Positions 10,301 to 19,397 of a stretch of DNA of 64,000 bases are shown one piece after another (the stretch's first letter is position 1; each line of letters starts with the position of its first letter). The notes under the pieces are model-generated. The model was not told where the DNA came from. It saw only the letters and a list, made by a program, of their open reading frames with translations, and searched no databases. The position numbers and the translations under genes were made by a program. This DNA comes from Escherichia phage UPEC03, in the sequence record MW250785. One strand, 5' to 3'.

Positions 10301-11053
10301 GGAACCAAAAACTTGCTTCGTACCTTCCGTGGTGGTGTGGCGGATACGATCTGGCATGAAACTGTTCAGGCAAGCACGTATCGCCTGGCGACGGGTACAA
10401 CGGATCTGGTTGACGTTCTGACAGTAGGTGATGTCGGTAACGGCACAATGGCGTATTCCGGTACGAACATTCGTCTGAATGGTAAAGCTCTGGCTAACAT
10501 CAACACGGCGGGTGATTTGTTTGTTGCAAGTACAGCAACGCCTACGGTACAATTACGAACCGCTGCAACTAATGGTTGGAACGGTGTAACAATCAGTAAT
10601 GACGGCGGCACAACCACTGCAACCGTGATCAACACCCGAAACTTTACCCAGCATCTTGACAGTACCTATGTCAACGTAGCGGGTGATACTATGACTGGTG
10701 CGCTGTCAGTTAGCGTAAACGGTACGGGTGGACGCTTTACCAGTGTGAGCGGTACGGCACATGTTCAGGCGGGTGATTTCTCTGGGAACGTCCAGAAAAT
10801 GCGCTTAACTGGCATTGACGATAAGGTATTGACTGAGTTCAACATCAATATCACCGATTACAACAAAGCGATGATCAACGGAAACCTGATCTATCATGCA
10901 GGTCGTAAACCGACTCCGGCAGAAATCGGGGCGGTGGCGGTAGCGGGTTCAACCGTCGATACTCTGGTTGTACGTAACTATATCAAAATCGGTAACGTGA
11001 AAATCTTCGCAAACCCAGCAACTAAGACTTGTGAATTTGTGTGGGAGGAATAA
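7394..11053 (+). CDS. 34: long tail fibre proximal subunit
   Basis: 1219 aa; extensive collinear match to recalled T4 gp34, including the repeated ATQAE(T/V)N..TDDT.A.TPKKL motifs. Confidence 0.93.
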   Translation: MVAKSFRATSGLDAAGEKVINVGKASRSVLSDGVNVDFFNEFNTIQQYDSTRGYAAFMAIMYARRIWYARADIPSPAGAFDETKWISTRNDPKWVYNNVTSNDGLPVESGTYLMADGRFSELTYILPDAPVEGDIITIKDGGGLAGINNLLVRSNTRQIRLRDIQSSSYRLTHPYMTVAFIFNGNLWRVAEMRDNRDSQFVNATGLTAFQMQAGMVTFRNSGTGKITLQLPRYANDGDSITTYDLDRLASVNVATLQVYPGSGHTISYDGINNVPSVTSQRSGYGIFMFDQANNRWVVYDGDQRVRLRRISDDLNMLPNDYVFITPVAGSPPTVRNVTLTLPQDVAEGDRVYISMYMMGKTQNCTIKVKDGSGEKIRTNKNMMQFPQRKDYPPNDWFSVDTLTFNADTDYLPYMELSYLKATKEWVVAQYRPIIERVDPTNRSRLGVIALATQAEVNKNHEDTPSDELAVTPRTLANKTATETRRGIARLATTAEVNQNTTATFLDDVIVTPKKLNERSATEDRRGVLEIATQAETNAGTDDTTAITPKKLDTRRATETLAGIGKLVTTGATTAEGALRGDAGTNVYNFNNGVDLITPKSLNEKTATEKSKGLVVLATENEVVTGAAAGSASMPIVVTPEMLHRKTSTETRIGLIEIATQTETNTGTDDLRAVTPKKLNDRKATESLDGIIALATTAEVAAGTVTNKAVVPVKLKEFFDVTSHVAVATDDGLTQSGTIWTTINLGIASATETQRGTLRVATQGETDAGLLDTVFITPKKLQAKKATDTAEGIIRCATNAEAGAGTATNLAITPATMQFLNGTDPAWGATTTRRGAVFITTQSNTFIGDNLVGSTQAVDDYLEDFYAVSPRGLNFALQNFLPKMATAQNSLSLGGVVAASWMRRDANQTVTGNNTFNGTSNFVGNVTTNGTLTANAAVTVNNTVTTNNNINQSAKANTVYANTVLSGEAAGTKNLLRTFRGGVADTIWHETVQASTYRLATGTTDLVDVLTVGDVGNGTMAYSGTNIRLNGKALANINTAGDLFVASTATPTVQLRTAATNGWNGVTISNDGGTTTATVINTRNFTQHLDSTYVNVAGDTMTGALSVSVNGTGGRFTSVSGTAHVQAGDFSGNVQKMRLTGIDDKVLTEFNINITDYNKAMINGNLIYHAGRKPTPAEIGAVAVAGSTVDTLVVRNYIKIGNVKIFANPATKTCEFVWEE

Positions 11054-11058
11054 TTTAA

Positions 11059-12654
11059 ATGGCGAATAACGAATTTATGGCGTTATTCGGCCCTGATAGT
11101 TTCACGGCGAGTGTGTTTTCAGAAGCAAACGCCGTGAAATATCGCCTTGTTGTCCGTGGAACGAATAACGATTCTGCGGTCAACTCGGTTGAGGTATCTA
11201 TCAATGGGGCTGATATTATTAACCGAAACGTACAGCGCGGTCGAGGGATTAACCTTGCTGTAATTGACGGTACGAGTTTGGCTTTGCTGGATTTCAAAAC
11301 TTTTGATATGTATGGTGATCCTACTACGAATGGGACTGCGATTAGTGATTACCTATCTACACTTCCAGCAAACAGAATTGTATGTTTCTATACGTTCGAT
11401 GCTATAAAATCTACCGATGCGTTTTTGAGTTATATGCGCACAATCGGATCAGTTGCATGGCCTGAAACACGATTCTTTAACACGCCGTCATCATCAACAA
11501 ACAACCCGCACCGTTCATCCTATTCAGCAATCTATTCATCCACGATGAAAAAGATCTGTATGGAAAACTTCGTAGGTGGTTCTGGTACTGGACTCAAAGA
11601 CAACACGACGAGTTTTGTTGAGGTTGTATTCGATGAATTCAGTGATATCGGGGTAACTGGTATTCCTGAAAGAATGGTTGATGATGTTCAGGTATATCAG
11701 AACAGTGGCAGTGCTTACGGCTTCCATTTATATGGGATGTGGGATATTGGTTCTACTGTTTTCTTGGGGGACATCTTTAAGTTCACTGGTGATGTTTATT
11801 GCTCGCAAGAACTTCGCAATGCTGGCGGCGAATGTTATCTCTATATGTGGACACAGAACGCCTCTGGTCAATGGATATCCTCTGCGGTACTGCGAACAAC
11901 TGGGTTAGCTCCTGATGAATGGCATTCTCTGTCAGGATATTTCACTATCCCTACGGACGCGCTAAACGTGAAGATGGGATGTATGGTATATCACTACCCG
12001 TCTACCGTGAAAGTGGGGCTTGCTCAGTGTCGCAATGTCCAGATCAGTAAAGTTCCACGAATCGAAACCGATCGCAACGGGGCGGCAATTGGTGTAAATG
12101 GTATCAGGATGCAAACGCTTTCCGAAGTTGATGATGCTGGAACCCAAAACCCGATTGATAAATTGCTTTCTCTGCCTGTTTCGCCTACTGGGGTTATTAG
12201 TGACAAGAAAATCAGTTCGCATAACTTTGCTGAACTTGATTATATTGTTTCTGATCCGGTTGAATACACTTCGACAAATACAGCGGAGTACCAGTTCAAA
12301 GAATGGACTGCTACCCAGCAAGCGGCGGTAACGAAAGCATCACTAAGCAGTTACGGATTAAAAGCTGGTGATACGATCCGTATGCAATGCCAAATGAAAC
12401 GCGATGCAAATGCGATTGCTAACAATAAAGGCGCATATATTGTAATGCAGTTCTGGGACGCGAATAATACGTATATTTCAGGGATCAACATGCGTGATGT
12501 TGGTACGATCCCGAACGTATATTCATTCTACAAAAACGAAGGGGTTATTCCTGCTGGTGCGGTTACGTTTGATTTCGGTTTATATCGTTATCCAAACAAC
12601 ACAAACATCGGTACGATATCCGCTAAAGACGTTAATTTGTCAATCGTGAGATAA
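11059..12654 (+). CDS. 35: long tail fibre hinge connector
   Basis: 531 aa; N-terminus MANNEFMALFGPDSF...SEANAVKYRL and NRIVCFYT segment parallel recalled T4 gp35; position directly after gp34. Confidence 0.8.
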   Translation: MANNEFMALFGPDSFTASVFSEANAVKYRLVVRGTNNDSAVNSVEVSINGADIINRNVQRGRGINLAVIDGTSLALLDFKTFDMYGDPTTNGTAISDYLSTLPANRIVCFYTFDAIKSTDAFLSYMRTIGSVAWPETRFFNTPSSSTNNPHRSSYSAIYSSTMKKICMENFVGGSGTGLKDNTTSFVEVVFDEFSDIGVTGIPERMVDDVQVYQNSGSAYGFHLYGMWDIGSTVFLGDIFKFTGDVYCSQELRNAGGECYLYMWTQNASGQWISSAVLRTTGLAPDEWHSLSGYFTIPTDALNVKMGCMVYHYPSTVKVGLAQCRNVQISKVPRIETDRNGAAIGVNGIRMQTLSEVDDAGTQNPIDKLLSLPVSPTGVISDKKISSHNFAELDYIVSDPVEYTSTNTAEYQFKEWTATQQAAVTKASLSSYGLKAGDTIRMQCQMKRDANAIANNKGAYIVMQFWDANNTYISGINMRDVGTIPNVYSFYKNEGVIPAGAVTFDFGLYRYPNNTNIGTISAKDVNLSIVR

Positions 12655-12674
12655 AGGGGCGAAAGCCCCTTTTT
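12652..12674 (+). terminator. rho-independent terminator
   Basis: aaaggggcgaaagcccc hairpin followed by ttttt. Confidence 0.6.
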
Positions 12675-12682
12675 CATAAATA
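12675..12682 (+). promoter_or_regulatory. late promoter-like CATAAATA
   Basis: One mismatch to TATAAATA, 23 nt upstream of the fibre gene ATG. Confidence 0.45.
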
Positions 12683-12705
12683 CAGTCATTACAGGAGAAA
12701 TTTTT

Positions 12706-15028
12706 ATGGCTGATTTGAAATTAGGTACAACGCTGGGTGGTGCGGGTATCTGGAGTGCTTCTAACCTTCCTCTATTGCCCTCTGGTGGACAATTAACGTA
12801 TAAAGGCTGGAGAGTATACACAGAAAATGATCGTCCAACAGCGGAGGATATAGACGCACTATCGACGATTAACGGCGGTACTGTTGCGGTATAAAGGCTG
12901 GAGAGTATACACAGAAAATGATCGTCCAACAGCGGAGGATATAGACGCACTATCGACGATTAACGGCGGTACTGTTGCGAAGAATACTACATTCAATCAG
13001 AATTTGGTTGTGGGTGCTTCATTAACTGCTAACTTGATTCAATCGAATAGTGTTCTTACCATCCAACGTAGCGCAAACCCTGCGGAAATGATTTTCTATC
13101 GTCCCGATATTACGGCAACCCCGTCATCTGAAGCATGGGTTTTAAACATGTATGCGAAAGATGGTTTGAATCGAGGCATGGGTTCGTTGATTATTTCTGC
13201 TCGTACTGACGGTGGAAATAAAGTATATCTGCGGGCGAATAAAGACGGTTCCCCTAATACAAGTTTAACGCTGGATTCGCAAACCCAACAGGTAACAGTT
13301 GAGCAAGGATCTTTTCGCGTAATCGGTACTACGAATCTTGGTGTGACGAACGCCGCATCAATGGCGGTTAGCGGTGCGGTAACTGCGAATACAGTAACCC
13401 CGACAAACTGGGCTAACCATGATGAACGATATATGACGGGCATTCCTCGCGGTATGTCTGGAACAAGTTTCGGTGCTGCTGTTGTAACTGAAAAGAACGA
13501 TGTTCTGTCGGTAGGCGGTAACATCACCGACGGCCCATATGGTAACACTACGTATTACGGGCAGGTTGTCAACTATCGCCGTACATTGAATAGTGGGGTT
13601 TCATTAGTTCAAACATACTTCGGGAACGAAATGTGGTTTCGTCTTGGATCAGGTTCTCCGGGTGCGTGGTCATGGAACCAGGGCGATGCTAATGGTTGGC
13701 GGCGTGTTTATGATACGGTCAGTCCACCAACTCCGGCAGAAGTGGGGGCAGTAAACAAAGCTGGTGATACAATGACTGGTGGTTTAGCGTTACTTGGGGA
13801 TTTGACCTTTCGAAATTTGGTAAATCGTCATATTCGTTTCGAATACACCAAAAACGACGGTTCTACCGCTGTTGACGCTTACATCTATAAAGATGGTGTA
13901 GATAGCTCTACTCGCCGTGCTGGACTTCGCATTAACTGTGCCACACCGAACAAAGCGAGCGGGAATACTTTAAACTCAGGTGATTTTGTATTCGGGGAGA
14001 ATGGTAACTTCACACTGCCTGGCGGTGGTATGATTATTCAGGACGGCCTTAACTCTGGTGTTTATTGTATTTCTGCATTGAGTACATTATCAACAGGAAC
14101 GAAGAATTACCTTCGTCGTTTCCGTGGTGGTTCTGGTGATGTGATTTTTCATGAAACCGTACAAAGTAATACATGGCGTATAGCGTCGGGTGGTTCTGAT
14201 TCACAAGATGAAATGGTTCTTTCTACTGCTGGTTCTGGTTGGGTTCGATATCGTGGAGAGGTTGTTTCGCAATCAGCTAACGGGTTGCGGATTGCGTATA
14301 ACAATAAAGGATTCTTTATCCGAAATGACTCAAACACCACATATTTCTTGTTGACTAATGATAATGATCCCTATGGCTCGTACAACAGTCTTCGCCCTTT
14401 GTATATCAACAATGATACTGGTTCTGTAACGTTAGGTCATGCTGTTGGAATAGGCGGAAACCTCAGCGTCAACGGTACATTTACCACAGCAAACAGCAGT
14501 TTGAGCAATGGTCAATTAGTATTAAACGGTTCAGGCGATTCGCAAGTTTATTTTTCACGAAGTGGTGCTAACCCTCGCGATATGAGAATTTTCCATTCTG
14601 GTGATGCTTCTCGCGGGAACCGTGTTGAAATTGCTGATTCTACATCATATCTGGTTTATTTTGAGCGTCATCCGTCAAGTGGCATTCAGTTGTCCATGAA
14701 CGGTAACGGTATCTTTAACGATGTGTATATTCGTTCTGATGAAAGACTGAAAAGTAATTTCAGTAAGATTGAAAATGCATTGGATAAAGTTGATTTGCTT
14801 GATGGTATGGTGTACGACAAAGCAAACCATATCGGGGGTGAAGAAACTACCCGCGAGGCTGGTTTAGTCGCACAACAACTGCAAGAAGTATTACCGGAAG
14901 CCGTTAAGAAAGGTGTTGATGGTGAACAGAACGAGATCTTAACTGTTTCGTCTTCTGCTGTTATTGCGTTGCTGGTTAACGCGATTAAAGAACTCCGTGA
15001 GGAAGTCAGGGAACTTAAATCCCGCTAA
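12706..15028 (+). pseudogene. distal long-tail-fibre subunit (gp36/gp37-like) with C-terminal intramolecular chaperone domain, frame-disrupted by a 91-bp tandem duplication
   Basis: N-terminal 62-aa fragment MADLKLGTTLGGAGIW... (12706-12894) ends in a stop; the rest continues in the +1 frame from 12884 (714 aa). Removing one 91-bp repeat copy restores a single ORF of about 744 aa. C-terminus carries the S-D-x-R-L-K autoprocessing motif (IRSDERLKSNF). Confidence 0.8.
12798..12979 (+). repeat. perfect tandem direct repeat, 2 x 91 bp
   Basis: Bases 12798-12888 are identical to 12889-12979 (gtataaaggctggagagtatacacag...ggcggtactgttgcg). Confidence 0.9.
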
Positions 15029-15030
15029 TT

Positions 15031-15050
15031 AAAAGCCCTTCGGGGCTTTT
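15031..15050 (+). terminator. rho-independent terminator
   Basis: aaaagcccttcggggctttt hairpin with T-run. Confidence 0.7.
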
Positions 15051-15056
15051 TCTTTT

Positions 15057-15064
15057 TATAAATA
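15057..15064 (+). promoter_or_regulatory. T4-type late promoter TATAAATA
   Basis: Exact TATAAATA 26 nt upstream of the second fibre gene. Confidence 0.7.
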
Positions 15065-15090
15065 TCATAAAAGCATTTGAGGATCTAATA

Positions 15091-17304
15091 ATGGCAGATT
15101 TAAAAGCGGGTACTACCGTTGGCGGTAATACTATCTGGAGTCAGGCAAATTTACCTGTTCTTCCTTCTGGAAATACTTTAACATACAAAGGCTTTAAGGT
15201 ATATACCGAAAACGACAAACCAACAAAAGCCGAAATCGGGTTAGGCAACGTAACGAACGACGCACAGGTGAAGAAAGCTGGCGATGATATGACCGGATCT
15301 CTGAACATCACAGGGGCGAATAGTCAATTAACTGTTCCTTATCGCCTGTTGATGCAACGTGCGGTTGCTGGAGATCCATACGTCCTGTTTGTTCGTCCAG
15401 ACAACAACCCAATTACTAACGGATATCCTTCTACAACGCTTCGTGTAATGACTATCACTGCCCGTGCTGCGACAACTACTGATCCGGTTTCTGGCGCTCA
15501 ACTGGCAAACATTTTGTCAGATCAGACAGCACAGGGTAACGGGTCATTAACTCTGCAAGCGTTTGCAGCCCCGAACACATCTACGGGCGCAAGCGGTGCG
15601 CGTACAGCGGAAGTCTATTTGAACGGTAACGGACAGTTATCAATGATAGGTTCCGGTTTAACGATCGGGATGCAGACTGTTGTAAACGGTACGATTTTCG
15701 GTACACAAATGGCTATTAAAGGCGATTCGAACCGAAACCTGTTCTTCCAGGATGCTGGCGATAATGAATTGAGTTTGATTTATGCGGATACCGGAAAGAA
15801 CTTATATGTTCGTACTGGTGGCGGCGCATATGCTACTCGTTTCGCTTCTGATGGAACTTTAGTATTAGCAAATCATCTAACCGTTCCTGGTATTGCTACT
15901 TTTAACGGTCAAGCAGTGATGAATAGCCGTTTGTCTGTGTCTACTGATTTTGACTCTCAGGGAGTCAATAGTGCGGTTATTCGTGTTGACACAAGCGGCG
16001 ACGGAAACGCGGTTGGTGATGGTGTAACCCATTTAGGATATAAAGACGGCAACGGAAGATTCAACCATTATTTCCGTGGTACTGGATCGTTATTTGTTAA
16101 CACCAAACTTGGTATGAACATCAACGTACCATCTTATTATAACGATGTACCACAAACCACTCCAGCACAATATTTCTTGTCTACGGGTACGCAAGGCGCG
16201 AAAAATTATTTGCGTCAGTTCCGAGGCGGCAACGCGGATACGATCTGGCATGAAACTGTTCAGGGTGGCTTATATCGTTTAGCGTCTGGTAGCACTGATG
16301 CGCAAGAAGAATTCATGGTTTCTACTGCTGGCTATATCAGATCTCGCGTAGAAGTACAAAGTGCTTCGTGTGGTTCTGGCGGTCAGTTCCGCGCGGTTCA
16401 GGGTAACTTCGGCGTGATGCACCGAAATGATGGTGGTAACTATTACTTCCTGATTACTAACTCTGGCGATCCGTGGGGAACGTGGAACGGATTACGCCCA
16501 TTCACCATTGGTTTGACCACGGGTATTGTATCGATGTCCAGCGGTGTTAATATCTCCGGTGGTTTCAACATCAACGGTGCTGCTGAATTTAACAACGGTC
16601 TGGGTTGTGGTACTGCAAACGGATTGGGCGCAAACGCAATATCTCTGGGTGATACCGATACAGGTTTTGTTCAAGAAGGTGATGGTATTCTCAACGCCTA
16701 CGCGAACAGCCAACGAATTCAACGTTGGACAACAGGGGCTAGTGCAGTTTATAAGCAATTGCAGGTTCAAGGCGTTAACGGGCCAGCATTACTTCTGAAC
16801 AACACCGCAAGCAACCAGTCTGTATACATGCTTTTGCAATATGCAGGTACAAACGCTGGTTATCTGGGCTTTGGTGGTTCTGATAACACCATGACAATGC
16901 ACAACTACCAGTTGAATACAAACTTACAGTTGCGCGTAAGTGACATATATGTAAACCGTGCATTGTATGGTGAAAGCACAGGCAACTTTACTGATGTGTA
17001 TATTCGTTCAGATCGCCGTCTAAAATCGAACCTGGTTGAGATTAAAGATGCTCTGGTTAAAGTAGAACAGCTTACAGGCTATGTATACGATAAACAATCA
17101 AAAGATGCGGACGAAATTGTATACCATCGCGAATCTGGTCTGATTGCACAAGATGTTCAGGAAGTATTACCTGATGCAGTAAAAGAAGATAGTAACTCCG
17201 GTATGCTTACGATTTCACCTGCGGGTGTTAACGCGCTTCTGGTGAATGCAATCAACGAACTGCGCGAACGTCTGGAAGCAATTGAAAACAAATTAGGGGC
17301 TTAA
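15091..17304 (+). CDS. 37: distal long-tail-fibre subunit (gp37-like) with C-terminal intramolecular chaperone domain
   Basis: 737 aa; N-terminus MADLKAGTTVGGNTIW...LTYKGFKVYTENDKP resembles T4 gp36/gp37 N-termini; internal NYLRQFRGG...WHETVQ and FLITNSGDP...GLRP motifs shared with gp34/gp37; C-terminal IRSDRRLKSNL autoprocessing motif. Confidence 0.85.
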   Translation: MADLKAGTTVGGNTIWSQANLPVLPSGNTLTYKGFKVYTENDKPTKAEIGLGNVTNDAQVKKAGDDMTGSLNITGANSQLTVPYRLLMQRAVAGDPYVLFVRPDNNPITNGYPSTTLRVMTITARAATTTDPVSGAQLANILSDQTAQGNGSLTLQAFAAPNTSTGASGARTAEVYLNGNGQLSMIGSGLTIGMQTVVNGTIFGTQMAIKGDSNRNLFFQDAGDNELSLIYADTGKNLYVRTGGGAYATRFASDGTLVLANHLTVPGIATFNGQAVMNSRLSVSTDFDSQGVNSAVIRVDTSGDGNAVGDGVTHLGYKDGNGRFNHYFRGTGSLFVNTKLGMNINVPSYYNDVPQTTPAQYFLSTGTQGAKNYLRQFRGGNADTIWHETVQGGLYRLASGSTDAQEEFMVSTAGYIRSRVEVQSASCGSGGQFRAVQGNFGVMHRNDGGNYYFLITNSGDPWGTWNGLRPFTIGLTTGIVSMSSGVNISGGFNINGAAEFNNGLGCGTANGLGANAISLGDTDTGFVQEGDGILNAYANSQRIQRWTTGASAVYKQLQVQGVNGPALLLNNTASNQSVYMLLQYAGTNAGYLGFGGSDNTMTMHNYQLNTNLQLRVSDIYVNRALYGESTGNFTDVYIRSDRRLKSNLVEIKDALVKVEQLTGYVYDKQSKDADEIVYHRESGLIAQDVQEVLPDAVKEDSNSGMLTISPAGVNALLVNAINELRERLEAIENKLGA

Positions 17305-17329
17305 TGCCCCTCTTTAAGAGGAATATTTT

Positions 17330-18142
17330 ATGGCTGTTGTAGGCGTACCTGGTTGGATCGGGTCTTCTGCTGTAAGCGAAACGGGTCAAAGATGGATGTC
17401 CGCTGCTGCGGGACAACTTCGATTATCTGCTGCGGGTTATATGTCACGATTTGCGGGGATCTCCCGTGAACAATCAATAACAATTTCCGCGAGTAACGCA
17501 TACGCATGGTCAACCCTGGTCAACCAGATTAAATCATTGGGTGTATCCGGTGGTGCATTCAAAATTACTGTTGTCGGGAACATCGTTTCAAACAGTGCTG
17601 GCGCTCCGTGCCTTAACTTCACATCCGATCTTGCTGGTGTCGATTATATCGAACTGATCATTAACTCCGGTGTAGGTGTTATGGGTCGTGGTGGTGCGGG
17701 TGGTGGTGATAACACAGGTGGCCCGTATTCGTCCGGTGAAAATGGTGGTGTCGGTATTACTAACGCGATCGGAAACAAACTGCGAATAACGAACAATGGT
17801 TATATTGCGGGTGGTGGTGGTGGTGGTGGCCTGGTAAACATGCCAACTTCTACATCACGACGTGTACAGGTATCCGGTGGTGGTGGTCGACCTTTCGGTG
17901 CTGCTGGTACAGGTGGTTATGACGGTAACGGTACAGCGGCAACAATTTCCGCTCCTGGTTCCGGTGGTTCTTCGAGTCTATCACAAGCTGGTGCGGGTGG
18001 TAACTTAGGTGCGGCTGGTCAATATCCACCTAAAGCCGATGGTCGTCTGGAAGCTCAAGCGGCGGGTGCTGCGGGTGCTGCGGTTAACGGTAACGCGCCA
18101 ACGTGGAGAACTGTAGGGACAATTTACGGTTCGAGAGTTTAA
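17330..18142 (+). CDS. 38: T2-type tail fibre adhesin with glycine-rich motifs
   Basis: 270 aa; N-terminus MAVVGVPGWIGSSAV.ETGQRWMS.AAGQLRL matches recalled T2-family gp38; poly-Gly runs (GGGGGGG, GGGGRPFGAAGTGG); C-terminus PTW..VG.IYG.RV. Confidence 0.85.
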   Translation: MAVVGVPGWIGSSAVSETGQRWMSAAAGQLRLSAAGYMSRFAGISREQSITISASNAYAWSTLVNQIKSLGVSGGAFKITVVGNIVSNSAGAPCLNFTSDLAGVDYIELIINSGVGVMGRGGAGGGDNTGGPYSSGENGGVGITNAIGNKLRITNNGYIAGGGGGGGLVNMPTSTSRRVQVSGGGGRPFGAAGTGGYDGNGTAATISAPGSGGSSSLSQAGAGGNLGAAGQYPPKADGRLEAQAAGAAGAAVNGNAPTWRTVGTIYGSRV

Positions 18143-18195
18143 GTAAATTCCTAAATATAATCGGGGGTCGGCATCCCCGAACTTGAGGATTAAAC

Positions 18196-18840
18196 ATGGC
18201 GCTATTACAAGATAAATTGGCGGTGCTTGAACGGGTAATATCGTTCATCATGGCGGTCAAAACATGGAAACAGTTATTCATTAAATTGGTTCTTATCGTC
18301 ACTATTTTCATTATGTTCGTAACATGGTACAAGTGGGATGACTTATTTTCAGTCTGGAAAACATCTTCAATCGTTATAGACGTGCCGACGATGGAGATTG
18401 AAAAGGCAAAAAAGTTTGAATCCGCATCCATCGAACAGTTAAACATAGTGCATTTAACTACGGATGCGGATTTTTCGGCAATCTTTGGTTTCAGACCTAA
18501 GAATGTCAATTATTTTGTTGATATAATTGCGTATGAAGGGAAGTTACCGCAACAGATTAACCCGAAAAATCTGGGTGGCTATCCTATAGACAAGACATCG
18601 GAAGAGTATAATAGACATATAAACGGGCTGTACTATATCTCAGATATTGCAAGCCCGTATCTTCCAACAAAAGACCTTGTTCCGGTAGCATATACCTTTA
18701 GTTGTCCTTATTTCAATCTCGAAAACTACTATTCTGGATCGATTCTAATGGAATGGTATATACAGAAGCCCGAAGTCACCGATACGAAGTTGATGATCGT
18801 GTGCAATCAGGCCGCTAGAATTTTAGGCAGGGTTCGATGA
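18196..18840 (+). CDS. t: holin
   Basis: 214 aa; strong collinear match to recalled T4 holin T (FVDIIAYEGKLP, FSCPYFNLEN, ICNQAARILGR). Confidence 0.9.
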   Translation: MALLQDKLAVLERVISFIMAVKTWKQLFIKLVLIVTIFIMFVTWYKWDDLFSVWKTSSIVIDVPTMEIEKAKKFESASIEQLNIVHLTTDADFSAIFGFRPKNVNYFVDIIAYEGKLPQQINPKNLGGYPIDKTSEEYNRHINGLYYISDIASPYLPTKDLVPVAYTFSCPYFNLENYYSGSILMEWYIQKPEVTDTKLMIVCNQAARILGRVR

Positions 18841-19098
18841 TAATTTCAGTTTCAAACCGCTTAAAGCCCGATCGATGAAATCTTTTACTTTCGTCATCGG
18901 GCTTTTGTCGTATATGTCCCATACGCGCATGAGTTCGTAAGGTGTCGGAACATATTCATCGTTCCAGTATCCAACATTACCTATCGTAACGCGTCGGAAA
19001 CCAGCCTCTACGCTGTGATATACAAAGAACCCAGCCTTACCCACAGGGGAGACTTTAAAACCGCGTGTAGCGGCTTTCATGGCTTCGTCGTGTGTCAT
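18823..19098 (-). CDS. DUF2829-like small protein (possible Tad2-like)
   Basis: 91 aa; N-terminal MTHDEAMKAATRGFKV and C-terminal W/aromatic pattern (YELMRVWDIYD) resemble the DUF2829 signature as I recall it. Confidence 0.45.
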   Translation of the reverse strand: MTHDEAMKAATRGFKVSPVGKAGFFVYHSVEAGFRRVTIGNVGYWNDEYVPTPYELMRVWDIYDKSPMTKVKDFIDRALSGLKLKLSSNPA

Positions 19099-19397
19099 GA
19101 TAGAATCACTTCGCCTCTGTATTGATTGTGATAGATGTATGGACGAACACCCAGTGGGTGATTATCTATGACTAAGATCAGGTCAAGTTCGTCGTGGTTA
19201 TCATCTTCTGCAACTATATCCCAGTCGGTCGCTTTCTGTTCTTCAACACTGGCAATGAATACCTGGTTAATCTCAACCTTACGGTGAGAACGGCGAATGA
19301 TCGTATCCCCTTCGCGGAACACGATCATATCTGGGTTAATCGGGCGGTACGCGGTTTTACCCGCGCACACTTCATTAAGCATTTCTTCGTATGTCAT
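19095..19397 (-). CDS. DUF2829-like small protein (possible Tad2-like)
   Basis: 100 aa; N-terminal MTYEEMLNEVCAGKTAYRP and TDWDIVAED match the recalled DUF2829 pattern (MxFxEALxALKxGKKVxRP ... DWEIV). Confidence 0.5.
   Translation of the reverse strand: MTYEEMLNEVCAGKTAYRPINPDMIVFREGDTIIRRSHRKVEINQVFIASVEEQKATDWDIVAEDDNHDELDLILVIDNHPLGVRPYIYHNQYRGEVILS

Noticed and set aside
8228-10635. Multiple minus-strand ORFs (60-180 aa) within the gene 34 coordinates
   Set aside because: All are antisense to the gp34 tail-fibre gene, which is strongly supported by homology; they are frame shadows of a long repetitive gene.
12706-12894. 62-aa ORF MADLKLGTTLGG... as an independent small gene
   Set aside because: It is the N-terminus of the distal tail-fibre gene, cut off by the 91-bp tandem duplication; its last 30 codons repeat the start of the downstream ORF.
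17811-17830. (GGT)n microsatellite as a noncoding repeat
   Set aside because: It is in frame within gp38 and encodes the expected poly-glycine motif; retained only as a note on possible slippage.
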